A stretch of 64,000 bases of DNA from Ranitomeya imitator (Eukaryota). Below the pieces are notes generated by a model. The model saw only the letters and a program-made list of their open reading frames with translations. It did no database searches and was not told where the DNA came from. A program made the translations under genes and the position numbers. Positions 21,411 to 33,628 of the stretch are shown piece after piece. The stretch is from NCBI RefSeq assembly GCF_032444005.1, contig NC_091291.1:131254001-131318000 (forward strand). Direction: 5' to 3'. Positions within the stretch are counted from its first letter, which is position 1, and every line of letters starts with the position of its first letter.

Positions 21411-24400
21411 CTCCTTCAATAATGCTCCCCTTAACCCCTTATAATAATGACTATGTACCTCCTTATAATAATACAATACAATAATAGTCCCTTAAAAAGC
21501 ACCCTATACTGTATGGTGGTCCTCCAAACAATCCCCTGTATAGTATGATGGCCCCCAAACAACCGTCATATAACATGATGTTCCCCCACAGCTTCCAAAA
21601 ATAAAAGAATCCTTATACTCACCTAATCCTGGTTCCTTGTCCTCTGCAGCGTCCGTCTCCTCTTCTGTCCCATGGCCTGCCTGAGTAAGTGATGTAGTCT
21701 GCGGCTCTGTGCTCCATCAGAATTGTTAATAGTGTCGGCGTCCTGTCAGGATTAGTGATGAGCAAGCATGGTCGGATAAGGCGATACATGCAAGGATTGC
21801 CTGTCTGTTGGGCAATTCCTGCATGTGTTGCTGCTGTCGTACAGTCGCGAGAACTGCAGTCGCGGGGACTCGAACACAGTATTCGAACACGCCGAAGATA
21901 CTTTATTAGCCCTCGAGCATGCTCCGATAACACCTTATCCCAGCATGCTCGCTCAGCACTAATTGGGATACTACAGTATTAACAGCACGGCTGGAGCAGC
22001 CCACCTGGCATTTGCCAGAACAGCCAGATGGCCAGTTCGGCCCTGTCTGTAACCATATAAATACGTTTGTGAAGAAAACTCAGAAAAACTGGTAAACACT
22101 GAAAAACTCAGTAGGTTACATACAGTTCAGGTAATCAGGTATTTATTAATACGTTATCAAGTTATCAAGAAAAACAAGATTTGTCATGACCAGCATGACC
22201 AGCCGTATCAGTAATACAATAATGTCTTATCGTTGGCTCCTTTATCTTAAAGCAATAGTCCAACAAATTTCAGTTTAGTTTCATTAATTAGATGTAAGAT
22301 GGTAAATGTGAAAACAAAGGCCCCCCCCTTTTTTTAACCCCCTTAACTACCGGAGATATTTTTCCTTTTTGCGTTTTCGTTTTTTGTTTCCCTTCTTCCC
22401 AGAGCCATAACTTTTTTTTATATCAAAATGGTCATGTGAGGGCTTGTTTGTGGCGGGACAAGTTGTACTTTTGACCAACATGATTGGGTGGTGAAATTAC
22501 AAAAAAAGTGCAATCCCAGGCTTGTTTTTTTTTTTTTTTTACCATGTTCACTAAATGCTAAAACTGACCTGCCATTATGATTCTCCAGGTCATTACGAGT
22601 TCACAGACACCAAACATGTCTAGGTCTTTTTTTTATTTAAGAGGTGAAAACAAAATCCAAACTTTGTTAAAAAAAAAATGATGCCGGTTTGCGCACCGAG
22701 CTGATGTTTTTATTGATACCATTTTGGTGTATATATGATCTTTTGACCGCGCGGTATTGCATTTTATTGCAATGTAGCAGCGACCCAAAAAATGTAATTC
22801 TGGGGTTTTAAACATTTTTTCTCATTACGCCGATCAGGTTAATTTTTTTTATATTGATAGATCGGGCGATGCTCCTACCGGAGTTAAATGCCAGAGATTG
22901 ACAGCGGCATTTAACAGGTTAACAGCAGCGGGTGGATCGCGTTTTAACCTGCGGCTGCTAGAGGCACATGTCAGCTGTTCAAAACAGCTGACATGTGCCG
23001 GGAAAGATGTGGCCTCAGCACCGTAGCCCACATCAAAGGGAGGGATTCCGATGGGCTCAAAAGTGCAACCTTGGACAGTTTTGGCGTTAGCAGGTCTCAG
23101 GAGTGCCCTGGCTTCACACTTTATCCACTATACAACTGTCTGGACTTACAATGGGGCCCCCTTGGGTTGTGTCCACAGAGTAGGTGCTAGCCTGAGTCCT
23201 CAAATCACCTGGCACAGAAATTGGATGGACTGAACCAGTGTCACAATCAGGAGACAAAATTGTAGTCAGGGGAATAGGTGGGGTCAAATACGAGGAGGAT
23301 AGACAAAGGCAAAGTTAGGCAAGTTGAGTTCAAAATCATGGGGAGGAGAAGGGGAAAGAGAGCAGAGACGTATAGCACCACAAATCAAGCAGTAAATCAA
23401 GTGATAACTTGCAACTCACAAAAAATTGCTGGTAGTTTTAATAGGGTGGGGTACCACCCCATAGGCCACTGTGGCCAGTTGAGTACCTTTGCTGTGAAAA
23501 TGGTGATCACCCATGCACTGAAAAAGCTCCCCATGAAATGAATATAAAGCACAGCAATGTCAAAATGGCATTGCTGTGCGCAAGTTTCGTCTTATGTCGA
23601 TATTTTTTAACAGTTTCAGGGTTCGTAAACTCTCAAGTGGTTAAATGAAGTAACATGCTCATTCTTAACAGAATAAAGTGAAAGTCGCCTGGAAGAATGC
23701 AAGAACGATGGCAGAACCTCCTTTAAAGCTGCCTAAGGAAAACAGACAACCACTGGCTGAAAAACCCTCGTCCGAAAACTTTATAGACCCTTTTTGGTTG
23801 CGTTTTTTGTGTCGGCATTTTTGCTTCCATTGATTCCATGGTCAAATTTGTAATGTTTTTTTTTTACTTAAGTAAGAAAGCCTCAAATTGATATGTTGCT
23901 TCCTTTTCCCATGTCGAAAAAAAAAAAACTTGGGAAAAAACAGCACTATGTGCCCTACGGGCTTGTTTTCCTATTAAAATTAATAGTAGTCTCATTCAAA
24001 AAATAATTTGAAGTGTTTATTTTAGTGTAGATTTTGGAGCAGAATCCTTTCCAAAAATCCACATGAAAAAAATTCTTGGAGGGAACGTCCCCTTAAAAAA
24101 AAATATTATATTTTAAATCAAAAGTCTAAATGGCATTTTTAGAAGTTTGGAGAAAAGTTTGCTGAACTTGGAGATAGATCACGACCCAATTGCCACTTTA
24201 TACAGAAGGTTATTTATCACATATTTAGACACAAACCTAAAAATAAAATATATAAAAAGCTATTTTGACATCCAGTCATGAGAAAGAGATTTGGTCAGCA
24301 TGAAGAAACTGACGGCGGACCTTGACCGGCCTGTGTGACTCATGGATATGTGGCAAGCTTGTGATGAGGGCCATATAATGTCATAAATATGTCCTCTGTG

Positions 24401-24818
24401 ATATCAGGGTGTTATTCACACTATCACGGAGGAAACATGGACATGTCAGCGCATTATATCATTTGTATATGGAGGTACCAGTCATTAATTTATTATTGCT
24501 TTTACCTACCGTAACCTGTCCCGCAAATAACAAGCCCTCGTGCGGTGATGAAGGCAGAAGAATGAAAAAAAAAGTTATGGTTCTTAAAAAAAAGGGAAGG
24601 GAATAAAAACAAATTAGCCAAAATGAAACTTTTAATGAGTTTATCCAATGATTTTATCTTTGGGAGCACACGGCTCCTCAGCCTCCTGGCTTTATGCAAG
24701 ACACAGGGCAGTCTGCTCTTGAAGATTGACAGTCGGGGTTTGTGCACACATTAAGTATTTGTTGCAAGAATATGCAGCATAAAACACACAAGTTTTTGCT
24801 GCGTTTTTTATGGATTTT

Positions 24819-27321
24819 CTGCACCAGCCCCAATGCCTCCTGTGATGTCCGCACTAACCCCACTGTTTCCTCTGATATCTGAACCAGCCCCAATGCCTCC
24901 TGTGATGTCCACACCAGCCCCACTGTTTCCTCTGATATCTGCACCAGCCCCAATGCCTCCTGTGATGTCCGCACTAACCCCACTGTTTCCTCTGATATCT
25001 GCACCAGCCCCAATGCCTCCTGTGATGTCCGCACTAACACCACTGTTTCCTCTGATATCTGCACCAGCCCCAATGCCTCCTGTGATGTCCGCACTAACCC
25101 CACTGTTTCCTCTGATATCTGCATCAGCCCCAATGCCTCCTGTGAAGTCCACACCAGCCCCACTGTTTCCTCTGATATCTGCACCAGCCCCAATGCCTCC
25201 TGTGATGTCCGCACTAACACCACTGTTTCCTCTGATATCTGCACCAGCCCCAATGCCTCCTGTGAAGTCCACACCAGCCCCACTGTTTCCTCTGATATCT
25301 GCACCAGCTCCAATGCCTCCTGTGATGTCCGCACTAACACCACTGTTTCCTTTGATATCTGCACCAGCCCCAATGCCTCCTGTGATGTCCGCACTAACCA
25401 CACTGTTTCCTCTGATATCTGCACCAGCCCCAATGCCTCCTGTGATGTCCGCACTAACCCCACTGTTTCCTCTGATATCTGCACCAGCCCCAATGCCTCC
25501 TGTGATGTCCGCACTAACCCCACTGTTTCCTCTTATATCTGCACCAGCCCCAATGCCTCCTGTGATGTCCGCACTAACCCCACTGTTTCCTCTGATATCT
25601 GCACCAGCCCCAATGCCTCCTGTGATGTCCGCACTAACCCCACTGTTTCCTCTTATATCTGCACCAGCCCCAATGCCTCCTGTGATGTCCGCACTAACAC
25701 CACTGTTTCCTCTGATATCTGCACCAGCCCCAATGCCTCCTGTGATGTCCGCACTAACCCCACTGTTTCCTCTTATATCTGCACCAGCCCCAATGCCTCC
25801 TGTGATGTCCGCACTAACCCCACTGTTTCCTCTGATATCTGCACCAGCCCCAATGCCTCCTGTGATGTCCGCACTAACCCCACTGTTTCCTCTTATATCT
25901 GCACCAGCCCCAATGCCTCCTGTGATGTCCGCCCTAACCCCACTGTTTCCTCTGATATCTGCACCAGCCCCAATGCCTCCTGTGATGTCCGCACTAACCC
26001 CACTGTTTCCTTTGATATCTGCACCAGCCCCAATGCCTCCTGTGATGTCCGCACTAACCCCACTGTTTCCTCTTATATCTGCACCAGCCCCAATGCCTCC
26101 TGTGATGTCTGCACTAACCCCACTGTTTCCTCGGATATCTGCACCAGCCTCAATGCCTCGTGTGATGTCCGCACTAACCCCACTGTTTCCTCTGATATCT
26201 GCACCAGCCACAATGCCTCCTGTGATGTCCGCACCAGCCCCACTGTTTCCTCTAATATCTGCACCAGCCCCAATGCCTCCTGTGATGTCCGCACTAACCC
26301 CACTGTTTCCTCTGATATCTGCACCAGCCCCAATGCCTCCTGTGATGTCCACACCAGCCCCACTGTTTCCTCTGATATCTGCACCAGCCCCAAAGCCTCC
26401 TGTGATGTCCGCACTAACACCACTGTTTCCTCTGATATCTGCACCAGCCCCAATGCCTTGTGTGATGTCCACACCAGCCCCACTGTTTCCTCTGATATCT
26501 GCACCAGCCCCAATGCCTCCTGTGATGTCCGCACTAACCCCACTGTTTCCTCTTATATCTTCACCAGCCCCAATGCCTCCTGTGATGTCTGCACTAACCC
26601 CACTGTTTCCTCGGATACCTGCACCAGCCTCAATGCCTCGTGTGATGTCCGCACCAGCCCCACTGTTTCCTCTGATATCTGCACCAGCCCCAATGCCTCC
26701 TGTGATGTCCGCACTAACACCACTGTTTCCTCTGATATCTGCACCAGCCCCAATCCCTCCTGTGATGTCTGCACTAACCCCACTGTTTCCTCTGATATCT
26801 GCACCAGCCCCAATGCCTCCTGTGATGTCCACACCAGCCCCACTGTTTCCTCGGATATCTGCACCAGCCCCAATCCCTCCTGTGATGTCTGCACTAACCC
26901 TACTGTTTCCTCTGATATCTGCACCAGCCCCAATGCCTCCTGTGATGTCTGCACTAACCCCACTGTTTCCTCTTATATCTGCACCAGCCCCAATGCCTCC
27001 TGTGATGTCCGCACTAACCCCACTGTTTCCTCTGATATCTGCACCAGCCCCAATGCCTCGTGTGATGTCCGCACCAGCCCCACTGTTTCCTCTGATATCT
27101 GCACCAGCCCCAATGTCTCCTGTGATTTCCGCACCAGCCCCAATGTTTTTTGTGATGATCACACCAGGCCCAATGCCTCCTGTGATGTCCACACCAGCCG
27201 CAATGCCTTGTGTAATGTCCAAACCAGACCCAGGTTAAATTGCCATGTTGACACTTTGCGATAAATGAGTGGCTTTTGGGTTACCGTTTGGGCACAGTCT
27301 TTAAAACGTTCACCATCACTG
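24819..27321 (-). mobile_element. hAT-type MITE carrying about 40 copies of a 60-bp (2x30) minisatellite; one terminus missing
   Basis: The 60-bp unit repeats in register line after line from 24.82 to 27.2 kb. 27230-27321 is the reverse complement of the MITE left end at 30566-30660 and ends in ...CACCATCACTG. Confidence 0.8.
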
Positions 27322-28411
27322 CCCTAGGCAAAATTTTCGGGGCCCCCCTTGAGACTCCACCCAGGCTCCACCCCAGCTGGGCCTCCACTCCTCGTACCAT
27401 CCACAGTCCCACTGCGCTCTCTTGCAAAAACTCCACTTCTGCACCACATCCTCACCAATCACACATTTACAGTTCCCATCACCACAAACATGGCCTGCAG
27501 CTTTTGTTTTGGCCAAAAGATTTTTTAATCCACCACCAAGACAAGGTAGACTCTTCTGGCCGGACTCTACTCTACTGTAACTTACTAAACATTTGTTAAA
27601 ATATCCAATACAATTTAGGTATATTTTTATTTATTTTTCAATTTTTAAATGACCAATAATATCACAAACAAGAAAAAATACCACCACACCATGATCAGAC
27701 ACCATATTACTACCACATAGTGACCTATAATACCACATGCAAGAAACAAATACCGCCACACCATGTCCAGATCACATATTACCACCACATGGTGACCAAT
27801 AATACCACATACAAGGACAACTACCACCACACCATGACCAGACCACATATTACCACCACAGTGACCAAATAATAGCACATACAAGGGACAAATACCGCTA
27901 CACCTTGGCCGGACAACATATTACCACCACATAGTGACTGAATACTGATCATTAATAAAAAAAAACAACACAATACTATCACCATAAGTGCCATTATACA
28001 CAGGAGATCTGTACTTAGTATGCAGTGTCTGTGTACAGGTAACACGCTAACTCACCAGTGACATCTCTTGGTGAAGTCCTTCAGCCTTGCTTTCCATCTT
28101 CATCCAGCACAGCCCGCCATCACTTCTTCCAGCCAGGACTCGTCTCTGCAGGAAATAACATAGTTATCTAGAGCTCCGCTTGCAGAACCCATTACTTAAT
28201 TTTTTCCCAACTTCTGTACTACACAGGATGAAGAAAAAAAGGCGACCTAGTGTCGCTCTGCGCAGTAACAGGACTGCCCCCCCCATTTAAAACAGTATCC
28301 TCAAAAAATAAAATAAATACATCACTGCAGTAATAATATCCCTTAATTAGCCTCTATGGTAATAATATCCGCATCCTGGCCCTGTGACTCTCATTCCTGG
28401 CTCCAGCCATA

Positions 28412-28679
28412 CAGTTAAGTCCATATATATTTGGACAGAGACAACATTTTTCTAATTTTGGTTATAAACATTACCACAATGAATTTAAAACAAAACAATT
28501 CAGATTCAGTTGAACTTCAGATTTTCAGCTTTCATTTGAGGGTATCCACATTAAAATAAATGTTTTGATAAAGGGTTTAGGAGTTTCAGCTCCTTAACAT
28601 GTGCCACCCTTGTTTTTAAAGGGACCAAAAGTAATTGGACAATTTACTCCAAGGCTATTTCGTGGACAGGTGTGGGCAT
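28412..28679. mobile_element. Terminal fragment of the Tc1 family found at 54060-55688
   Basis: TA-CAGTTAAGTCCATATATATTTGGACAGAGAC...; matches the reverse complement of about 55430-55688. Confidence 0.85.
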
Positions 28680-30109
28680 TGGCCCGTGCAGAAACTGCGA
28701 CCCCCTGGTACCCGTGGTATCAGTACTGACACTGTGATTCCTGGTGAGAGACTTAACAGTGCAGAGCCCCTGATTCCTGGTGAGAGACTTAATAATAAAC
28801 TGACCATTGTTTTCCCGGGGCAGGATGTGCTGTCAAAGCTAAAGACTGTGCATATAACATTAACTCCCGAAACCCCAGGCAGAGGGCTCCTAGAGACTAC
28901 TCAGCCCACGGACAACAGAGGGACGACAAGTGCCGCTGTTTCTCGGCACCTACGTTGGAGAAGACGACCCTTCAAGCAAGTCCTCATCAGACTGATAAGT
29001 GTTCTTTTCTCAAGAAATCTTGCTTACTTCTGTTACACTGTTTGACTCCCATATTTTCGCACTGTTTTATTGCTAGTTATTTTCCATTGCTTCCTCCCTG
29101 CAAGGAGAACCTGAGAAACTGTTGGTTTGTCTGTTCCGTGGTGACACACTCAGTACCTGCATACTATTACAGAGACGGGCCCGATGCAGGCCCCCTCTGC
29201 CCACCGGGCCCCATACGCCAGTCAGGGCAGTAATGCCCTGATGGCGGCCGTGAGTACCAGCAAAGTGAATGAGATTCCTGAAGCCTCATTTACACATTGC
29301 ACATTTTTTTCCTTGCAGATTTGAGGCAGGTTCCTGTCCGCAGCATGTCAATTCTTTCAGCGTTTTATACCCATTCTAGTGAATAGGGAAAGACGCATCA
29401 AAAACGCAGCAAACACGCAAGTATTTTATGCTGCATTTTTCCTGCCAACACTTCAATATCTGCAGCAGGTATATTTGCAACAAATAGTTAACATGCCACT
29501 CACTAATGCTGCAAGCGAAGGTAGATCTGCCTCTGCAGCATCGGAGATGAACCCGGGCATTGAAGCTCGCTCATATAGCGATCTGGTCAGCTTCAGAGTA
29601 GTGTGTGCAAGCTGTATAGCAAACAACAAGCTGTACACTCCAGAGTTACACAATCCTTCTTTCCTAAAGGGAATCTGTCAGCAGGATTCCCCCTTCCACA
29701 AACTATTTATATAGACATACTGTATAGCTCTATCAAAGGCACGTTCAGAAATACATTTACATGTCTAGTCCGCCCCTCCGTTACTTAGTATCAGCGCTTG
29801 AATTGAACCCTCTGTCACTCCAGCTCTATTCCCCACCCAGCACCGCGTCCTCCTCCAGCCTCTTCATAGCTTTTATTGATATTTTATTTTGGAGCCAAAA
29901 AACTTCCCAGGAGTTCCACCTGGTGGCAGAAGCATTACATGACATTTTTTTTTAAATGGTCACTTTCTTTTCAGTATTTTTAGGCTCAGTTGCTGGCCAA
30001 TGCAACAACTAACAAAATGCAAAGCCCAAAAATTACTACAAAGTTCCGACCACTAGGTATTTCCAGTCTGCTAACATTACAGGTATTTGTCTTCCTAAAA
30101 GAAGCAAGG

Positions 30110-32890
30110 GCAGTTTTATATCTGTATAGGAAGTGCTGGCAGCAAGTTGGGGTTGGATTTTGTTTCTTTATAAGAAATGTTGGAGATCTTTGTCACTCTA
30201 CAGCATGTGGGGACAGGTGGTTGTCTCTCCATAGAAAGAGCGGTGGGTTATGTCTCTTTTTGGGAAGTGAAGGCAGGGCTTTGTCTTAATACAGGAAGTT
30301 GGATCGGGTCTATAACGCTTAAAAAGAAGTGGGGGGTCTTTATCTCTCTACAGGAAGTGAGGGCGGGGCTTTATCGCTCTACAGGAAGTGGGGAGTGGCT
30401 TTATATCTCTACAGGAAGTGAGGGCGGGGCTTTATCTCTCTACAGGAAGTGGGGAGTGGCTTTATATCTCTGCAGGAAGTGTGGGCAGGGCTTTATCTCT
30501 CTACAGGAAGTGGGGAGTGGCTTTCCGTCTCTACAGGAAGTAGGGGGGTCTTTATCTCTCTACTGAAGTGGTGGCAACCTTTTAGAGACTGAGCGCCCAA
30601 ATGCTAACCCAAAACCCACTTATTTATCACAAAGTGCCAACACGTCAATTTAACCTGGGGCTGGTGCAGACATTACAGGAGGCATTGGGGCTGGGGTCCA
30701 CATTACAGGAGTCATTGGGGTTGGTGCAGACATCGCAGGAAACATTGAGGCTGTTGAAGACATTACAGGAGCCATTGGGGTTGGTGCGAGCCTCGCAGGA
30801 GACATGAGAGCTGGTTTGGACATCGCATGAGGCATTGGGGCTGGTGTGGACATCGCAGGAAACATTGGGGCTGGTGTGGACATCGCAGGAGACATTGGGG
30901 CTGGTGTGGACATCGCAGGAGACATTGGGGCTGGTGCAGACATTGCAGGAAACATTGGGGCTGGTGTGGACATCGCAGGAAACATTGGGGCTGGTGTGGA
31001 CATCGCAGGAAACATTGGGGCTGGTGTGGACATCGCAGGAAACATTGGGGCTGGTGTGGACATCGCAGGAGACATTGGGGCTGGTGCAGACATTGCAGGA
31101 AACATTGGGGCTGGTGTGGACATCGCAGGAAACATTGGGGCTGGTGTGGACATCGCAGGAGACATTGGGGCTGGTGCAGACATTGCAGGAAACATTGGGG
31201 CTGGTGTGGACATCGCAGGAAACATTGGGGCTGGTGTGGACATCGCAGGAGACATTGGGGCTGGTGCAGACATTGCAGGAAACATTGGGGCTGGTGTGGA
31301 CATCGCAGGAAACATTGGGGCTGGTGTGGACATCGCAGGAGACATTGGGGCTGGTGCAGACATTGCAGGAAACATTGGGGCTGGTGTGGACATCGCAGGA
31401 GACATTGGGGCTGGTGCAGACATTGCAGGAAACATTGGGGCTGGTGTGGACATCGCAGGAAACATTGGGGCTGGTGTGGACATCGCAGGAGACATTGGGG
31501 CTGGTGCAGACATTGCAGGAAACATTGGGGCTGGTGTGGACATCGCAGGAAACATTGGTGCTGGTGGGGACATCGCAGGAGGCTTTGGAGCTGGGGTGGA
31601 TATTGGAGGAGAAAGTGGGGCTGGTGCGGATATAACAGAAGGCATTGAGGCTGGTGAAGACATCACAGGAGGCATTGGGCTGATGCGGAAATCGCAGGAG
31701 ACATTGGGGCTGATGCGGACATCAGAGGAGACAGTGAGGCTGGAGTGGACATCGCAGGAGAAATTGGGGCTGAAGCAGACATCACAGGAGACAGTAGGTC
31801 TTGTGGGAACATAGCAGGAGGCACTGGAGCTGATGCGGATATCACAGGAGACAGCAGCATCTCCCGAGCCTGGTATGTGTGCCCACAGAGAGGACTCTGG
31901 CTCTGCCATGTGTGCTATAGGTTTGCCACCATTGCTCTATTGGAACCAGGGGTGGGTCTTTATCTCTCTGCAGGAAGTGGGGGAGAGTCTTTATCTCTCT
32001 GCAGGAAGTGGGGGAGAGTCTTTATCTCTACAGGAAGTGGTGGCGGGTCTTTATCGCTACAGGAAGTGGGGTGGGTCTTTATCTCTCTACAGGAAGTGGG
32101 GGTGGGTCTTTATCTCTCTCCGGTAAGTCGGTGTGGGTCTTTATCTCTTTACAGGAAGTGGGGGGAGGGTCTTTATCTCTACAGGAAGTGGGGGCGGGTC
32201 TTTATCTCTCTACAGGAAGTGGGGGTGGGTCTTTATCTCTCTACAGGAAGTGGGGGTGGGTCTTTATCTCTTTACAGGAAGTGGGGGGAGGGTCTTTATC
32301 TCTACAGGAAGTGGGGGCGGGTCTTTATCTCTACAGGAAGTGGGGGCGGGTCTTTATCTCTCTACAGGAAGTGGGGGTGGGTCTTTATCTCTCTACAGGA
32401 AGTGGGGGTGGGTCTTTATTTCTTTACAGGAAGTGGAGGGAGGGTCTTTATCTCTACAGGAAGTGGGGGTGGGTCTTTATCTCTCTACAGGAAGTGGGGA
32501 TGGGTCTTTATCTCTCTACAGGAAGTGGGGGTGGGTTTTTATCTCTTTACAGGAAGTGGGGGAAGGTCTTTATCTCTACAGGAAGTGGGGAGTGGGTTGT
32601 TATCTCTACAGGAAGTGGGGGAGGGTCTTTATCCCTCTACAGGAAGTGGGGCCGGGTCTTTATCTCTTTACATGAAGTGAGGGAGGGTCTTTATCTATGT
32701 ACAGGAAGTGGGGGAGGGTCTTTATATCTCTACAGGAAGTGTGGGTGGGTCTTTATCTCTTTACAGGAAGTGGGAGAGGGTCTTTATCTATGTACAGGAA
32801 GTGGGGTGGGTCTCTATCTCTCTATAGGTAGTGGGGGAGGGTGGTCGTTATCTCTTTACAGGAAGTGAGGGTGGGTTTTTATCTCTCTAC
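30110..32890. repeat. About 30-bp minisatellite (TTTATCTCTCTACAGGAAGTGGGGG...) split by a MITE insertion
   Basis: Units at about 30110-30565 and 31943-32890 on either side of the hAT element. Confidence 0.9.
30566..31934 (+). mobile_element. Complete hAT-type MITE with an internal 30-bp minisatellite
   Basis: TIRs AAGTGGTGGCAACC / GGTTTGCCACCATTG; 8-bp TSD CTCTACTG / CTCTATTG (1 mismatch); internal unit CTGGTGTGGACATCGCAGGAAACATTGGGG. Confidence 0.85.
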
Positions 32891-33628
32891 ACGAATTGGG
32901 GTCTTTGTTACAAGGGTCAGAAAATTTAATTTCCTCCTTTGTGCACTGTAATGGAGAGTTTTGTGTGAGCGATTATGGCAGACAATGGATAGAATGGACA
33001 GTTGCAAAAAGTCGCTGTTTACACATTGACATCTTAAGTGGTTGTACAGATGAAAAAAGTATGTCTAAATATTTTTAGAGAGTACCTATACAGTTACTTT
33101 TGTGTATTTTTTGCTGCAGACCCAACTGCATAGGCAGAATTAGCCGACTCCCATCACACAGCACTGGGAACAGTAATCTCTATTGGCTGGAAGAGGAGCT
33201 GCGGGGGCCCAGGACCAAAGCAGATATCTTCAGATCAATTCATTTTTGATAATTAAAGAATATTAGTAAGCTAGATATTTTAAATACATCTATATGTCAT
33301 TTTTTTCAGCTAGATGACCCTTTTAAGCTAAATAAATGAATGCCATAGAAGTTGCCGTCACTGTGACTTTATTTATAAAAAGACATCCTTTAAAAAAACA
33401 TCCAAAAAACTGAATGCAGAGCAAATCGGAGAAACAGCAGCATAGTAGCTAGTGCGGTTTATTGGCGGACAATCCTGCAACCGAACTTATTAAGAAAAAT
33501 AACATTTTCCATGTTATGCCATATGTAATGGCCAGACTGGTACATTCCCTGTTCTCCGACATACGCTGTACATGTAGAGGTGCTTGCCAGGAACCCCTCG
33601 GCTTGTAGAGATTGCTCGTTGGGTCACA

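Noticed and set aside
23672-23790. Possible extra apolipoprotein exon after TTCTTAACAG (NKVKVAWKNART, faintly like YQIKERWDSARK)
   Set aside because: Wrong phase for the family (phase 2 gives an immediate stop), weak similarity, no amphipathic periodicity afterwards, and no upstream signal-peptide exon found.
24819-27220. Regular arrays here and at 45.0-46.1 kb as CRISPR-like repeats
   Set aside because: No unique spacers, no cas genes, and a eukaryotic context.
24808-27238. 804-aa (-) and 801-aa (+) ORFs as real protein genes
   Set aside because: Both come from a 60-bp tandem unit that is stop-free in several frames and is bounded by a MITE end; there is no unique coding flank, signal peptide or clear splice structure.
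30650-32868. 266-419-aa repetitive ORFs (MSTPAPMFPA, HWGWCGHRRK, SLQEVG and similar)
   Set aside because: Overlapping translations of two ~30-bp minisatellites in multiple frames.
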